Part shown: positions 46,446 to 57,789 of the stretch, in pieces
How the letters are laid out: each line of letters starts with the position of its first letter
Numbering within the stretch: position 1 is the stretch's first letter
Source of the DNA: Actinomycetota bacterium
GTDB lineage: Bacteria > Actinomycetota > Actinomycetes > JAKEEW01
DNA length: 64,000 nt
NCBI GenBank assembly: GCA_046735375.1
Contig: JBKPTD010000007.1
Location: forward strand, 2,545-66,544
Direction of reading: 5' to 3'
The notes under the pieces: model-generated
Database searches by the model: none
What the model was told of the DNA's origin: nothing
What the model saw: only the letters and a program-made list of their open reading frames with translations
Program-made: the position numbers and the translations under genes

Positions 46446-46983
46446 CCCCGCGACCGGGGTCCGCTCGTCCGAGATCGGTGGGGTTCCGGCCGGTGGGAGG
46501 CTCGACTGGGCGCGACGGCCCCTCGTCGGCAGGACGCACCGAGCGCGGCAACAGCAAGACGAGTAGCTGCGAGACAGTCACCGCCCCCACCAGTTGGTCC
46601 CGCTCTACCACGGCCACGAGGGGGCTGTGCCATCGCGCCATCACGGCTGCGATCTCAACTGCGGTCGCGTCGCCATCGACGACTGGGAGCTCATCGCGGC
46701 GTGGCGGCAGGAGTTGCTGAACCGTCTTTCCAATCAAGGCTTCGCTGAGCCTGTCCGCGTGCCGCTCGTCGAGAACGTGGGCGAGAGAGAGGTCCTCCTG
46801 GATGTATCCGGGGATCATGAAGCGCAAAACTTGCGAGCCGGGAAGAATCGCGTACGGCCTACCCGTTCGATCGAGAACGATCAGCCCTGGCAACCGGCGC
46901 CCGGCGAGCAGTCGGGCCGCCTCAATCGCCTCGGTATCGACTGTGACGAGCGGGTACGGCTCGGCGATCTCCCTGGCTCGCAT
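46411..46983 (-). CDS. CBS-domain protein
   Basis: CBS-pair pattern; overlaps the transporter start. Confidence 0.82.
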   Translation of the reverse strand: MRAREIAEPYPLVTVDTEAIEAARLLAGRRLPGLIVLDRTGRPYAILPGSQVLRFMIPGYIQEDLSLAHVLDERHADRLSEALIGKTVQQLLPPRRDELPVVDGDATAVEIAAVMARWHSPLVAVVERDQLVGAVTVSQLLVLLLPRSVRPADEGPSRPVEPPTGRNPTDLGRADPGRGDVGPAEPGPTK

Positions 46984-47237
46984 ACTCGGCGAGCGTACTC
47001 ACGCCCCCCCCGCCATACCGATCAAACCACGGCAGCCGGACCGCCCCGCCGTCCAGGCCGGCGAAACCTGTGTGCGATCGGCTGGTTGCGCTGGTAATGT
47101 CGCCCGTCCCCCCTTCCGTCATGAACTTCAGCCCGTATAGCCATGTCTGTGCGGGCCTAAGGTCGCGCGGCGATCGTCCCGAGCCGCCCTCCTGCCACCG
47201 TTGACCAGACACCAGCCGCACCCGCTGGAGGCGCCGG

Positions 47238-49358
47238 ATGACCCAGGACGACAGGAGAACAACCAGCCATCCACCGAGACCCGATGCCGACTCAGGCGCC
47301 GGCTCTGACGCCACCGAGCCGCCGGAACTCGCCGCTGAGCGGCGGCACCTGGCCGACTCTCGCGCCGCGCTGCGCCGGATGCGCGAATACGTCCTCTCAC
47401 TCGAGGCGCAGGGCGCGGACCGACTCAACACCGAATTCCTCAGAGCCGCCCTCTATCACCGTGCTGCTGCGCTCGTCGACCACCCGGACACGCCATTGTT
47501 CTTCGGCCGGCTCGACTTTAGTCCCCCGGACCACGCCACCCACTACGTCGGGCGCCGCCACGTCCACGACGCGGCCGGGCATCCCATGGTGCTCGACTGG
47601 CGGGCGGAAGTATCGCGTGCGTTCTACCGCGCCAGCACCCGCGATCCGATGGGCTTGCTCCGCCGTCGCCGCTTCGGCTTCTCCGGCGGCGAGCTGACCG
47701 CATACGAGGACGAGCAGCTCGACCACCTCGAGGACTTCGCCGATGACGCTATGACCGGCGCGAGAAGCAGAATCCTCACCGAGGAGATCGAGCGACCGCG
47801 CGTCGGTCCGATGCGCGACATCGTGGCCACTATCCAGCCCGACCAGGACGACCTGGTGCGAGCGGACCTCGGCACCACCCTCTGCGTACAGGGAGCGCCA
47901 GGGACCGGCAAGACCGCGGTTGGTCTGCATAGAGCCGCCTACCTCCTCTACGCGTTCCGGGAGAGACTCGCCAGGTCTGGGGTGCTCGTCGTCGGCCCGA
48001 ACAGGGCATTCCTTCGCTATATCGGCAACGTTCTCCCGGCCTTGGGTGAGCTGGACGTCACCCAGGTGACCGTCGGCGAGCTGGTCGGGCACGTGCCGAT
48101 CCGCGGAGTCGACAGCGACGACGTCGCCCAACTCAAGGGTGACGCGAGGATGGCCGCAGTCCTCGCCGCTGCTCTGTGGTCGCACGTCCGCGCCCCAGCC
48201 GAAGGACTGGTCCTCACTCGTGGGTCGCGCCGGTACCGTCTTGCGGCCCATCGCCTCGCCGAGCTTGTCGACAACCTGCGGACCCGCGGGCTGCGGTACG
48301 GCTCTGCGCGCGCGCTGCTCCCCCAGTCAGTGGCCGCGGCGATATGCACCCTGATCGAGTACGACGGGATCGCGACGGATGACCGGACTGAATCCGCGAT
48401 CGCGCGATCACGCGAGGTTCGGACGTGGGTCGATTCGGTATGGCCGAAGGTCGATCCCGCGGCACTCGTCGGGCGGCTTCTCACCGAGCCCGATCTTCTC
48501 GCGGCCGCTGCCAGGGGCATCCTCGACCCGTCTGAGCAGCTGCTCTTGCTGCAGCCTGCCCCATCTCGCGGACCCCGCGGGCTGCGCTGGACCCTCGCGG
48601 ACGCGGTGCTCGTGGACGAAGCGGTTGACCTTGTCGAGCGGATCCGCGGCGTCGGCCACGTCATCCTCGACGAGGCGCAGGACTTGTCGCCGATGCAATA
48701 TCGCGCCGTCGGGCGGCGCTGCGCGCTGGGGTCGGCCACGGTGCTCGGTGACCTCGCCCAGGGCACCACAGCTTGGGCTACCGCTCAGTGGGAGGCAGCC
48801 CTGGCGCATCTCGGCAAGCCCGAAGCGAAGATCGAGGAGCTGACAGAGGGCTACCGGGTGCCTCGGCAGATCATCGACTTCGCCAGCCGGCTGTTGCCGG
48901 CGATCGGTTTCGGGCTTGCCGTCCCGACCTCCGTACGGCAGGCAGCGGGCTCTTTGGTCGTTACCGGCCTCAACACCTCCCGGCGCCTCGACGCCGCGGC
49001 AGCCGAAGCTGCCGATACCGCTCTCGCGGAGCCGGGCTCCATCGGGCTGATCTGCGCGGACGGGCGCGCGCCACGGTTGGCTCGAGCACTGCGTTCAGCG
49101 GGGATCGAGCACACGGTTCTGGGTGACGAGGGCCTGGAGACCCGGCTGACGGTCGTACCCGCCTCCCTCGTCAAAGGGCTCGAGTTCGACCACGTCATCG
49201 TCGTTGAGCCGGCCGAGATCGTGGCGGCTGAGCTGCGGGGGCTCCGCCGCCTCTATGTCGTTCTCACCCGCGCGGTATCCCGCCTGACCGTGCTGCACGC
49301 CGAGCCTCTGCCGGTGGAGCTGGCAGCTGCGCCGGCTCCTACGCCGAGCGCTGCCTAG
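47238..49358 (+). CDS. helD: HelD/UvrD-like SF1 helicase-like protein
   Basis: LDWRA, IVATIQPDQD, Walker A GAPGTGKT, DEAQD, KGLEFD and YVVLTRA motifs. Confidence 0.88.
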   Translation: MTQDDRRTTSHPPRPDADSGAGSDATEPPELAAERRHLADSRAALRRMREYVLSLEAQGADRLNTEFLRAALYHRAAALVDHPDTPLFFGRLDFSPPDHATHYVGRRHVHDAAGHPMVLDWRAEVSRAFYRASTRDPMGLLRRRRFGFSGGELTAYEDEQLDHLEDFADDAMTGARSRILTEEIERPRVGPMRDIVATIQPDQDDLVRADLGTTLCVQGAPGTGKTAVGLHRAAYLLYAFRERLARSGVLVVGPNRAFLRYIGNVLPALGELDVTQVTVGELVGHVPIRGVDSDDVAQLKGDARMAAVLAAALWSHVRAPAEGLVLTRGSRRYRLAAHRLAELVDNLRTRGLRYGSARALLPQSVAAAICTLIEYDGIATDDRTESAIARSREVRTWVDSVWPKVDPAALVGRLLTEPDLLAAAARGILDPSEQLLLLQPAPSRGPRGLRWTLADAVLVDEAVDLVERIRGVGHVILDEAQDLSPMQYRAVGRRCALGSATVLGDLAQGTTAWATAQWEAALAHLGKPEAKIEELTEGYRVPRQIIDFASRLLPAIGFGLAVPTSVRQAAGSLVVTGLNTSRRLDAAAAEAADTALAEPGSIGLICADGRAPRLARALRSAGIEHTVLGDEGLETRLTVVPASLVKGLEFDHVIVVEPAEIVAAELRGLRRLYVVLTRAVSRLTVLHAEPLPVELAAAPAPTPSAA

Positions 49359-49454
49359 TCGGCTGGACGCCCCCGACCTCCCCGTGTTCTGGGTCCAAGA
49401 ACACCAGGCCCATCCATCCGATCGCGGGCGAGGTCCCACGCACGAGGCCGCCGA

Positions 49455-49985
49455 ATGTCAGACCGGGCGAATAGGTTGGGTGGCGTGGAAGAGCGTGACT
49501 GGGGGGCCGTGGATACGCCGCTCGGGATGGTGTTCGTGAGCACCACAGAAGCGGGCGTGCGAGGCGTGAAGCTGCCCGGTTCATGCGCTCCCGTCGGCCA
49601 TATCAGCAGCGAACCGACCGGCGGGCTGGCTGCGGCGGTCGAGGAGATCGGCGCCTATTTCGACGGACAGTTGCGCAGCTTCACGCTGCCGATCGACTGG
49701 TCCCGCGTCGACGGGTTCCGCAGGCGAGTGCTGTCGGCGCTCTATGGCGGCGTGCCCTTCGGCTCGCTGATCTCCTACGGCGATCTCGGTGCACGAGCCG
49801 GTGATCCCACGGCGGCACGGGCGGTCGGGGAGGCGATGGCCGCCAATCCATATCCGATCGTCGTCCCATGCCACCGTGTCGTGGCGAACGACGGCCTGGG
49901 CGGGTTTGGTGGGGGCCTGGATATGAAGCGCTGGCTGCTCGCGCACGAGGGTGTGCTGCCCCCGATGCTCGACTTCGGCTCGTGA
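49455..49985 (+). CDS. ogt: Methylated-DNA--protein-cysteine methyltransferase
   Basis: ARAVG, NPYPIVVPCHRV and LLAHEG motifs. Confidence 0.94.
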   Translation: MSDRANRLGGVEERDWGAVDTPLGMVFVSTTEAGVRGVKLPGSCAPVGHISSEPTGGLAAAVEEIGAYFDGQLRSFTLPIDWSRVDGFRRRVLSALYGGVPFGSLISYGDLGARAGDPTAARAVGEAMAANPYPIVVPCHRVVANDGLGGFGGGLDMKRWLLAHEGVLPPMLDFGS

Positions 49986-50701
49986 CGAGGCCGGGGACGG
50001 ACGGCAACGTCGGCCGGCCGCCTACCGCGCGTCCTGTCGCCGCGACTGTGTCCGGGTGGGTCGCCCTCTGTCGGCGTGTCGGCGCCGTTGTGCCGGAACC
50101 TCGACTTCGCTCGGCGGCCGAAGGGTTGCTCGAACGCTGGAGTGAACCACACCGGCGCTACCACAACAGGAGCCATCTGGACCGGGTCTTGGCTACGCTC
50201 CGGCAGCTGGCGGCCGACGAAGGTGGGGAAACCAGCTCAGGGTCGGCTGACCTCGGCGACCTCGCTGCCCTCGCGGCCTGGTATCACGACGCCGTGTACG
50301 AGCCGACCCGCTCCGACAATGAGGAGCAAAGTGCTGCCGCTGCCCGCAGGCAGCTCGCACAGCTCGACGTAGCGAAGGGGATCGTCGGAGAGGTCTCCCG
50401 GCTGGTGCTCCTCACCAAGAGCCACGCGCCCGCTCAGCACGACCGCGCTGGCGCGCTGCTCTGCGACGCGGACCTCGCCATCCTCGCGACGCCGGCAGAC
50501 ATCTACGACGCATACTCGGCGGCGATCCGTGCCGAGTACTCATACGTTTCTGAGCAGGATTATCGCGCTGGGCGCGCCGCCGTTCTCGGCGCGCTCACCG
50601 CGCGGCCGCGTCTGTTCCACACCGGCCACGGTTGGGCCGCATGGGAGCAACCGGCTCGAGGCAACATCGCCCGGGAGCTCCAAGAACTGAATGCGCCATG
50701 A
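49982..50701 (+). CDS. HD-domain metal-dependent phosphohydrolase
   Basis: HRRYHN, WYHDAVY, DNEEQSA, DADLAIL and IRAEY motifs. Confidence 0.88.
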   Translation: MTRPGTDGNVGRPPTARPVAATVSGWVALCRRVGAVVPEPRLRSAAEGLLERWSEPHRRYHNRSHLDRVLATLRQLAADEGGETSSGSADLGDLAALAAWYHDAVYEPTRSDNEEQSAAAARRQLAQLDVAKGIVGEVSRLVLLTKSHAPAQHDRAGALLCDADLAILATPADIYDAYSAAIRAEYSYVSEQDYRAGRAAVLGALTARPRLFHTGHGWAAWEQPARGNIARELQELNAP

Positions 50702-50825
50702 TGCCGGCCACCGCAGCGGAGAGCATGAGACGAGCTGGGCCCGTTCGGTCGTCCCACACACTCGGCTGTCGCAGTGAGCCGATGACGCTGGCGCCGGGAT
50801 GCGCTGCTGCCCTCGTGCTGCCGAG

Positions 50826-51104
50826 TCATGCAGACGGTCGCGAAGAGCGATCCTTGCGACGGCGCAGACCGGCAGCGGCAAGGCGCCGTACCAACTCGCG
50901 GGACGAGACCGGCAACGCCCCCGCCGCGATGACGTCCGCGCGCCGCTCCTCAGGGACGTCGTAGTGGTCGCGATCGAAGCCTCGCCGCGGAATTCCTGTG
51001 CGTTCGGCAAAGGCGTGCAGCTCCACGAGCGAGACGTCGCTGACGACGTGGCACCACAGCCGACCGCGGCCCGGCCACGAGGCCGGATCGACAAGGATCG
51101 TCAC
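50826..51104 (-). CDS. DUF4031 protein
   Basis: WCHVVSD, ELHAFA and FDRDHYD motifs. Confidence 0.88.
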   Translation of the reverse strand: MTILVDPASWPGRGRLWCHVVSDVSLVELHAFAERTGIPRRGFDRDHYDVPEERRADVIAAGALPVSSRELVRRLAAAGLRRRKDRSSRPSA

Positions 51105-51175
51105 CGACTAATCGTCGCCCATGGTCGCCAATGGATGTTTGCCAGGCCTACGAGGGGTGGGTAGACACCAATGCG

Positions 51176-51544
51176 ATGAACCTCGATCAGATGCTGCTCA
51201 CGATCAGAGCTCTCGTCGTCTGCGACCTCGCCGCGGCGGGCTGCGCGGACGCCCAAACGGTCTCCGTCGTCGAGTCCGCTGTGAGCGGTCGACGGTGGTG
51301 GGTGGAGGAATGGCCGGAGGGCGCGCCCTATCTCGCCGGCCAGGTCGCACAGGATGTGCAGGAGACGCTTGCCGAGGTGTACGGCCGATGGCCGATTTGC
51401 CCGCTGCACGGCGACGACGGGCTCCACCATGAGCTGACCATCTCGCCCGAGCTTGGGGAGGACCCACAGTGGACCTGTGAGGAGTACGGCGTCACGCTGG
51501 CCGCCCTCGGTGACCTCGAGGGCTGGGTGGCTCCAGTCCGATAG
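51176..51544 (+). CDS. Conserved hypothetical actinobacterial protein
   Basis: RRWWVEEWPEG, AQDVQ, RWPICP and WTCE segments (possible metal ligands). Confidence 0.75.
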   Translation: MNLDQMLLTIRALVVCDLAAAGCADAQTVSVVESAVSGRRWWVEEWPEGAPYLAGQVAQDVQETLAEVYGRWPICPLHGDDGLHHELTISPELGEDPQWTCEEYGVTLAALGDLEGWVAPVR

Positions 51545-51564
51545 ACATCGGCGCTTGTCACGAC

Positions 51565-51600
51565 AAGGCGGGGCGGTCCCGGTTGGGACCGCCCCGCCTT
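51565..51600. terminator. Terminator hairpin downstream of groEL (between convergent genes)
   Basis: Perfect 16-bp stem aaggcggggcggtccc-ggtt-gggaccgccccgcctt. Confidence 0.8.
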
Positions 51601-51636
51601 TCGCTTATCGAGCTGGAGAGACTCCGAGCCTGAGGC

Positions 51637-53406
<1,770 letters not shown>

Positions 53407-53469
53407 TTATCACTCTCGGGGGCAGAGTGCTAACGCCAATCATTAGCACTCTCCCTCCCCGAGTGCAAG
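53407..53469. promoter_or_regulatory. Tandem CIRCE elements (HrcA operators)
   Basis: TTATCACTC-N9-GAGTGCTAA (53407-53433) and TTAGCACTC-N9-GAGTGCAAG (53443-53469). Confidence 0.93.
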
Positions 53470-53565
53470 CTCACGGCGTGAGCGCTGGTGTGGGACCGCG
53501 CACACGGGCGGAGGGTCCCAGCGGCTGGAAACTGGGGGCTGGCAATGTCGCCGTAACCGTCTAAC

Positions 53566-54396
53566 GTGCCCAGCATGGGGGACCGGCTCAGCGCGGCGGA
53601 TCTAGGCGCCGCGACTAAGTACGTCCAGGCACACGGCAGCGAGCTCGATCGAGCGCGACTAGCCGCGCTGGTCGATGGTGCGCCCGTGACCGAGAAGACG
53701 GTCGCCCTGGCGGTATGTGATCAACTTGGCAACGGCGGATTCCCGGCTCCGTGGAGCAGCGGCAGCGGCTCCCTCGATGCGACCTGCTACCGCCTGTCTC
53801 AGATCGCCGACTTCGGCCTCGCCGTGAGCGCCGCGACCGATCGGGCGATCGGCTTCCTCGCCTCCCACCAGCGCAGCAATGGGACGTTCGAGGAGGACCA
53901 CACGGTGGGCCTCAACGCGCCGGCGTGGGCGCGTCCCGGCGATCCGGCGGCCCTGCTCTATGTCACGGCGAACTGCGCCTACACGATCTTGGCCGGGCTG
54001 CAGCTCCGACCTGGGTCTGCATCGCGGCGCCGGCCAAGCGTCGCGGTCGCCCGTGCGGCAACCCACCTCGCCAGCAGGATCGGCAGCGACGGGAGGCTGC
54101 CTTCCTTCCTTCACACCCATTGGCTGGCCAGCCCGGTCCTCCGCGCGGCCGGCTTCGACGCAGCAGCGGACGGACTGCTGTGGGCTCTCGCCTTCCGGCT
54201 ATCGGGCCTCGGCCCCACCGCCCTGGCATGGCTAGCCGCGACTATCCCCGAGGAACCGGTCACCGCTGAGGCGCGCTACTGCCTGATCCAGCTCCAGGAG
54301 CCCGACGGGAGATGGCGCAGCGAGGACGGCGTCGAGCTAGACGTCCCCACCACGCTCACCGCGATCCGCGTCCTGCGCGACGCCGAGAACGCCTAG
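53566..54396 (+). CDS. Hypothetical protein with prenyltransferase/squalene-cyclase-like QxxxGxW/F repeats
   Basis: QLGNGGF, QRSNGTF and QEPDGRW repeats. Confidence 0.7.
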   Translation: MPSMGDRLSAADLGAATKYVQAHGSELDRARLAALVDGAPVTEKTVALAVCDQLGNGGFPAPWSSGSGSLDATCYRLSQIADFGLAVSAATDRAIGFLASHQRSNGTFEEDHTVGLNAPAWARPGDPAALLYVTANCAYTILAGLQLRPGSASRRRPSVAVARAATHLASRIGSDGRLPSFLHTHWLASPVLRAAGFDAAADGLLWALAFRLSGLGPTALAWLAATIPEEPVTAEARYCLIQLQEPDGRWRSEDGVELDVPTTLTAIRVLRDAENA

Positions 54397-54561
54397 CCCA
54401 CCTCAGCAGTGCGTGCGCGCAAGATGGCGCACGGCCGAGCAGGCCTGAGCGTGCGTCGCAGGGGTGGCAGCCTCTCGACCTGACCCCGACGTAGGCGCCC
54501 ACGGTCGACGCCCACGGTCGACGCCGACGGTATCGAGGGCGCTGTTGCTCGAACTGGCTGG

Positions 54562-54612
54562 GCATGAAGGGCACCTTCACCCGAGAGGTCGGGGTGAAGG
54601 TGCCCTTCATGC
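54562..54612. repeat. REP-like doublet hairpin, copy 1
   Basis: Perfect 21-bp arms gcatgaagggcaccttcaccc; each arm is internally palindromic. Confidence 0.85.
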
Positions 54613-54615
54613 GTG

Positions 54616-54657
54616 ACGAAGCCCCCTGATCGGACGTACCGATTCAGGGGGCTTCGT
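54616..54657 (-). terminator. Probable cspA terminator
   Basis: acgaagccccctga...tcagggggcttcgt stem. Confidence 0.7.
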
Positions 54658-54737
54658 GTCCCGTGGGACGGTTGCTGGCCGTTCTCCAGAGTCCGGGGCT
54701 GTCCCTGGACCGACGGAGTGTCGGCCGAAGGGGATCG

Positions 54738-54938
54738 TCAGATCACTCGGACGGAACCCGCTTGTGGACCCTTAGGGCCGGTCTCGATCTCGAACTCGAC
54801 CCGCTGACCCTCGTCGAGAGTGCGGAAGCCGTCCATAGCGATCGCCGAGTAGTGGACGAACACGTCCGCGCCACCGTCGACCGCGATGAAGCCGTAACCC
54901 TTCTCCGCGTTGAACCACTTGACGGTGCCCTGAGCCAT
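54738..54938 (-). CDS. cspA: Cold-shock protein
   Basis: [14 protein letters not shown] and DVFVHYSAI motifs. Confidence 0.96.
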   Translation of the reverse strand: MAQGTVKWFNAEKGYGFIAVDGGADVFVHYSAIAMDGFRTLDEGQRVEFEIETGPKGPQAGSVRVI

Positions 54939-55264
54939 ACCTTCACTCCTGGTGCTGGGCTACAAAATCGGGCCCACACTGTATGAGCCCGGGTCTCACT
55001 CGCTTGCCGGGCCCTAGAGCCCCGGCTGCCGGGCTGGAGGTCGGGGTGCGGAGGTTCGCTCCCCGGATCCAGCCCGCTGCCGGACGCTCTTGGATGACTC
55101 GTCCGCGAACGTTCCGCAACGTACTGTGGCGCGCGTCACTGTGCGACCGGAGCGAGGCTATCGGTCACCGCGCTCCGAGCAAAGAGCATTCCACAAGATC
55201 GGGGTCACCACATAGCCGCGGCCCGGGCGAACTACATCACCATTCGAGCCGGTTGGGCGACCCG

Positions 55265-56623
55265 TTATCCCAGGTCAACGACCGACTGGAAGGCATCAAG
55301 TGTCGGCTTGATGATGGCGTCCGGACGTGCGGTGGCGGCAACGGCGTCGAGGGTCTTGAGGCCGTCACCGGTATTAAAGATCACTGTTTCGGCTTCCGGA
55401 TCGAGTTGGCCGGTGTTCAACAGCTTCCGCAGCACCGCTACCGTGACCCCGCCCGCGGTCTCGGGGAACACCCCCTCCGTGCTGGCGAGAAGGCTGATCC
55501 CTTCGACGATCTCCTCGTCCGATACGTCCTCGACCGCGCCCGCGGTCCGCCGGCAGGCGTCGAGTACATAGGGCCCGTCCGCCGGGTTCCCGATAGCGAG
55601 CGACTTGGCGATGGTGTCCGGACGCACCGGGCGGACGACATCGTGGCCGGCCTTGTATGCCGCGGCGACTGGCGCACAGCCGCTCGCCTGAGCGCCGTAC
55701 ACGCGCACGCCATGCTCCATGCGCGGCTCTGGTGGCCCGTCGCTGGTTAGATCGTGCAATCCGTTCGCGGCGGCAGACCGGATGTGAGCGGGGATGCGGT
55801 CGCTTGGCGCACCCACTCTGGAGTCAACGAGACCGAGGCCCACCAACTCACTGAACGCCTTGTCCACCTTGGTGAGCTGAGCGCCCGACGCAACGGGGAT
55901 CACGACCTGCTTTGGCAGTCGCCAGCCCAGCTGCTCCGCGACCTCATAGCCAAGCGTCTTGGATCCCTCCGCATAGAACGGACGGACGTTGACGTTGACG
56001 AACGCCCAATCGTCGTGCTCCTCAGCGATCTCCGATGCAAGCCGGTTGACATCGTCGTACGTACCCTCGACTGCGAGCAGCGTGCCTCCGTAAACCGCAG
56101 TTGCGAGGATCTTCTGCTGCTCGAGATCGGCGGGTACGAGCACCACGGACCGGATCCCGGCGCGGGCTGCGGCGGCGGCAACGGCGTTGGCCAGGTTGCC
56201 GGTGGAGGGACACGCCAGCACCCCAAACCCAAGCTCGTGGGCGGCCGCCAGTGCCACCGCAACGACGCGGTCCTTGAACGAATGCGTCGGGTTCGCCGTG
56301 TCGTCCTTGATCCACAAACTGCGCATACCAAGTGCCTTAGCCAGATTGTCCGCATGCCGCAGTGGCGTCAGCCCCGGCTCGGTGTTGCGGGTCTGCTCAA
56401 CCGTGGTGGGCACCGGCAGCAGCTGCTTGTAGCGCCAGAGGTTACGCGGACCGGCCTCGATGGACGCACGTGTCACGCCGGCGAAGTCGTAGGCCACCTC
56501 GAGTGGACCGAAGCACTCCATGCAGGCGTAGGAGGCGCCGAGCGGGTACTGCTCGCCACACTCACGACATGAGAGCGCGACGGCGGGACCAAGATCAAGG
56601 GTGGCGGTGGGAGCGGCGGACAC
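55265..56623 (-). CDS. thrC: Threonine synthase-like PLP enzyme
   Basis: N-terminal CREC/CMEC, NPTHSFKDR, STGNLA and EGSKT motifs; GAGGAGG RBS. Confidence 0.9.
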   Translation of the reverse strand: MSAAPTATLDLGPAVALSCRECGEQYPLGASYACMECFGPLEVAYDFAGVTRASIEAGPRNLWRYKQLLPVPTTVEQTRNTEPGLTPLRHADNLAKALGMRSLWIKDDTANPTHSFKDRVVAVALAAAHELGFGVLACPSTGNLANAVAAAAARAGIRSVVLVPADLEQQKILATAVYGGTLLAVEGTYDDVNRLASEIAEEHDDWAFVNVNVRPFYAEGSKTLGYEVAEQLGWRLPKQVVIPVASGAQLTKVDKAFSELVGLGLVDSRVGAPSDRIPAHIRSAAANGLHDLTSDGPPEPRMEHGVRVYGAQASGCAPVAAAYKAGHDVVRPVRPDTIAKSLAIGNPADGPYVLDACRRTAGAVEDVSDEEIVEGISLLASTEGVFPETAGGVTVAVLRKLLNTGQLDPEAETVIFNTGDGLKTLDAVAATARPDAIIKPTLDAFQSVVDLG

Positions 56624-56635
56624 AGCAGCTTCCTC

Positions 56636-56776
56636 CTCATCTTCCCCACGCGCTCCAGGCGCGCAGGCCGGAATTGGCACCAGTCCCCGCCTCATGCACC
56701 ACTATGCGGTGCCGTCATGCGCGGCGGATGGTTGCCGGGGCTTCATCGGGCCGGTCCCTCTGCCCCTCTGGATGAG
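56636..56776 (-). ncRNA. SAM-I (S-box) riboswitch
   Basis: Minus strand reads CTCATCCAGAGGGGCAGAGGGACCGGCCCGATGAAGCCCCGGCAACC...GGTGCCAATTCC...GAAGATGAG; the 3' strand of P1 overlaps the SD. Confidence 0.93.
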
Positions 56777-56840
56777 CAAGTACGACTGTAATGTCCGGAT
56801 CGGATCCTGGCGCGTCCGTCTCGCGACCCGAGACGGTCCG

Positions 56841-56922
56841 CATGAAGGGCACCTTCACCCCAACCCATGGGGTGAAGGTGCCCCTTCATGTCTCGGCGGA
56901 TGGAGTAAGGCTTCCCTTCATA
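56841..56922. repeat. REP-like doublet hairpin, copy 2, plus a degenerate third arm
   Basis: catgaagggcaccttcacccca...tggggtgaaggtgccccttcatg, then gtaaggcttcccttcata. Confidence 0.8.
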
Positions 56923-57006
56923 TGGGACGAGCACGAGGGCGCGAACCCACGAGCGCGGAGGTAAGCCGACCGCGGGCTAGGCCGACGGCAGGGCGGCGGC
57001 CACACT

Positions 57007-57573
57007 ATGAGGGTGCAGCCGCGTTATTGGGTGAGGGCGTTCGTCAACATCATTAATTGCTCCACACTGCTGGGGCTCATCGCCGCCGCGTTCGGCCGCG
57101 CTCGCCTCACCCGCGGCCAGCACGGACTGATTCTTGGCTGGGGCTACCGATTTCGGGTCCCGCCGAGGCGAACTCCCGCATTCACCCTCGGCAACGTCGT
57201 CCTGTTGCGGCACGAGGGGCCGGAGATCCTGCAGCGGCGACCCAGGCTGCTCGTCCACGAGGAGCGACACTCCACGCAGTACGCCTACTGTCTCGGAGTC
57301 GTGATGGTGGTGCTCTATCTCCTCGCTGCAGCGTGGTCCTGGCTCCGGACAGGTGACCCCGCATCAAGGAACATCTTCGAGCGCCTCGCCGGCCTCGCTG
57401 ACGGCGGCTACACCGAGCATCCGGTACGACCGCTCTTCGGCAGGTCGCGCGCAGGACTGCGGCGGGTCGAAGTTAGCGCCGTGCCAGAGGCGACTGCTAC
57501 GCCGGGAGCGGCTGCCGCGACTGATGCGGCGGCTGCGACTGAGGTACCCCCCGCATCGGATCGTCTTCCCTGA
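57007..57573 (+). CDS. Hypothetical membrane protein with HExxH motif
   Basis: AFTLGNVV...LLVHEERHSTQY...NIFERLAG. Confidence 0.75.
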   Translation: MRVQPRYWVRAFVNIINCSTLLGLIAAAFGRARLTRGQHGLILGWGYRFRVPPRRTPAFTLGNVVLLRHEGPEILQRRPRLLVHEERHSTQYAYCLGVVMVVLYLLAAAWSWLRTGDPASRNIFERLAGLADGGYTEHPVRPLFGRSRAGLRRVEVSAVPEATATPGAAAATDAAAATEVPPASDRLP

Positions 57574-57789
57574 GCATCCGTCCCGGACCCCTCGCCCGGC
57601 CGCCCTGAACCTCCTCCCCCGCGCGTCCTCGCGGCCTGCCTCCCGTGGGAGTCCTTCCAGGACCGTCCTGGCCCGGCCTCCCCCGACAGGCTCCCGACCC
57701 AGCCTCGCCTCAACGCGGATTCCACCGGACCGCAACGGGAAAGGCCGAGCCGAGGCGGGCCCCGCTGGCCATCGCTAGGATTCCGGATC

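Noticed and set aside
54939-55264. MoaD/ThiS gene between thrC and cspA
   Set aside because: No suitable ORF ending in Gly-Gly found; the region reads as the cspA promoter and 5' leader.
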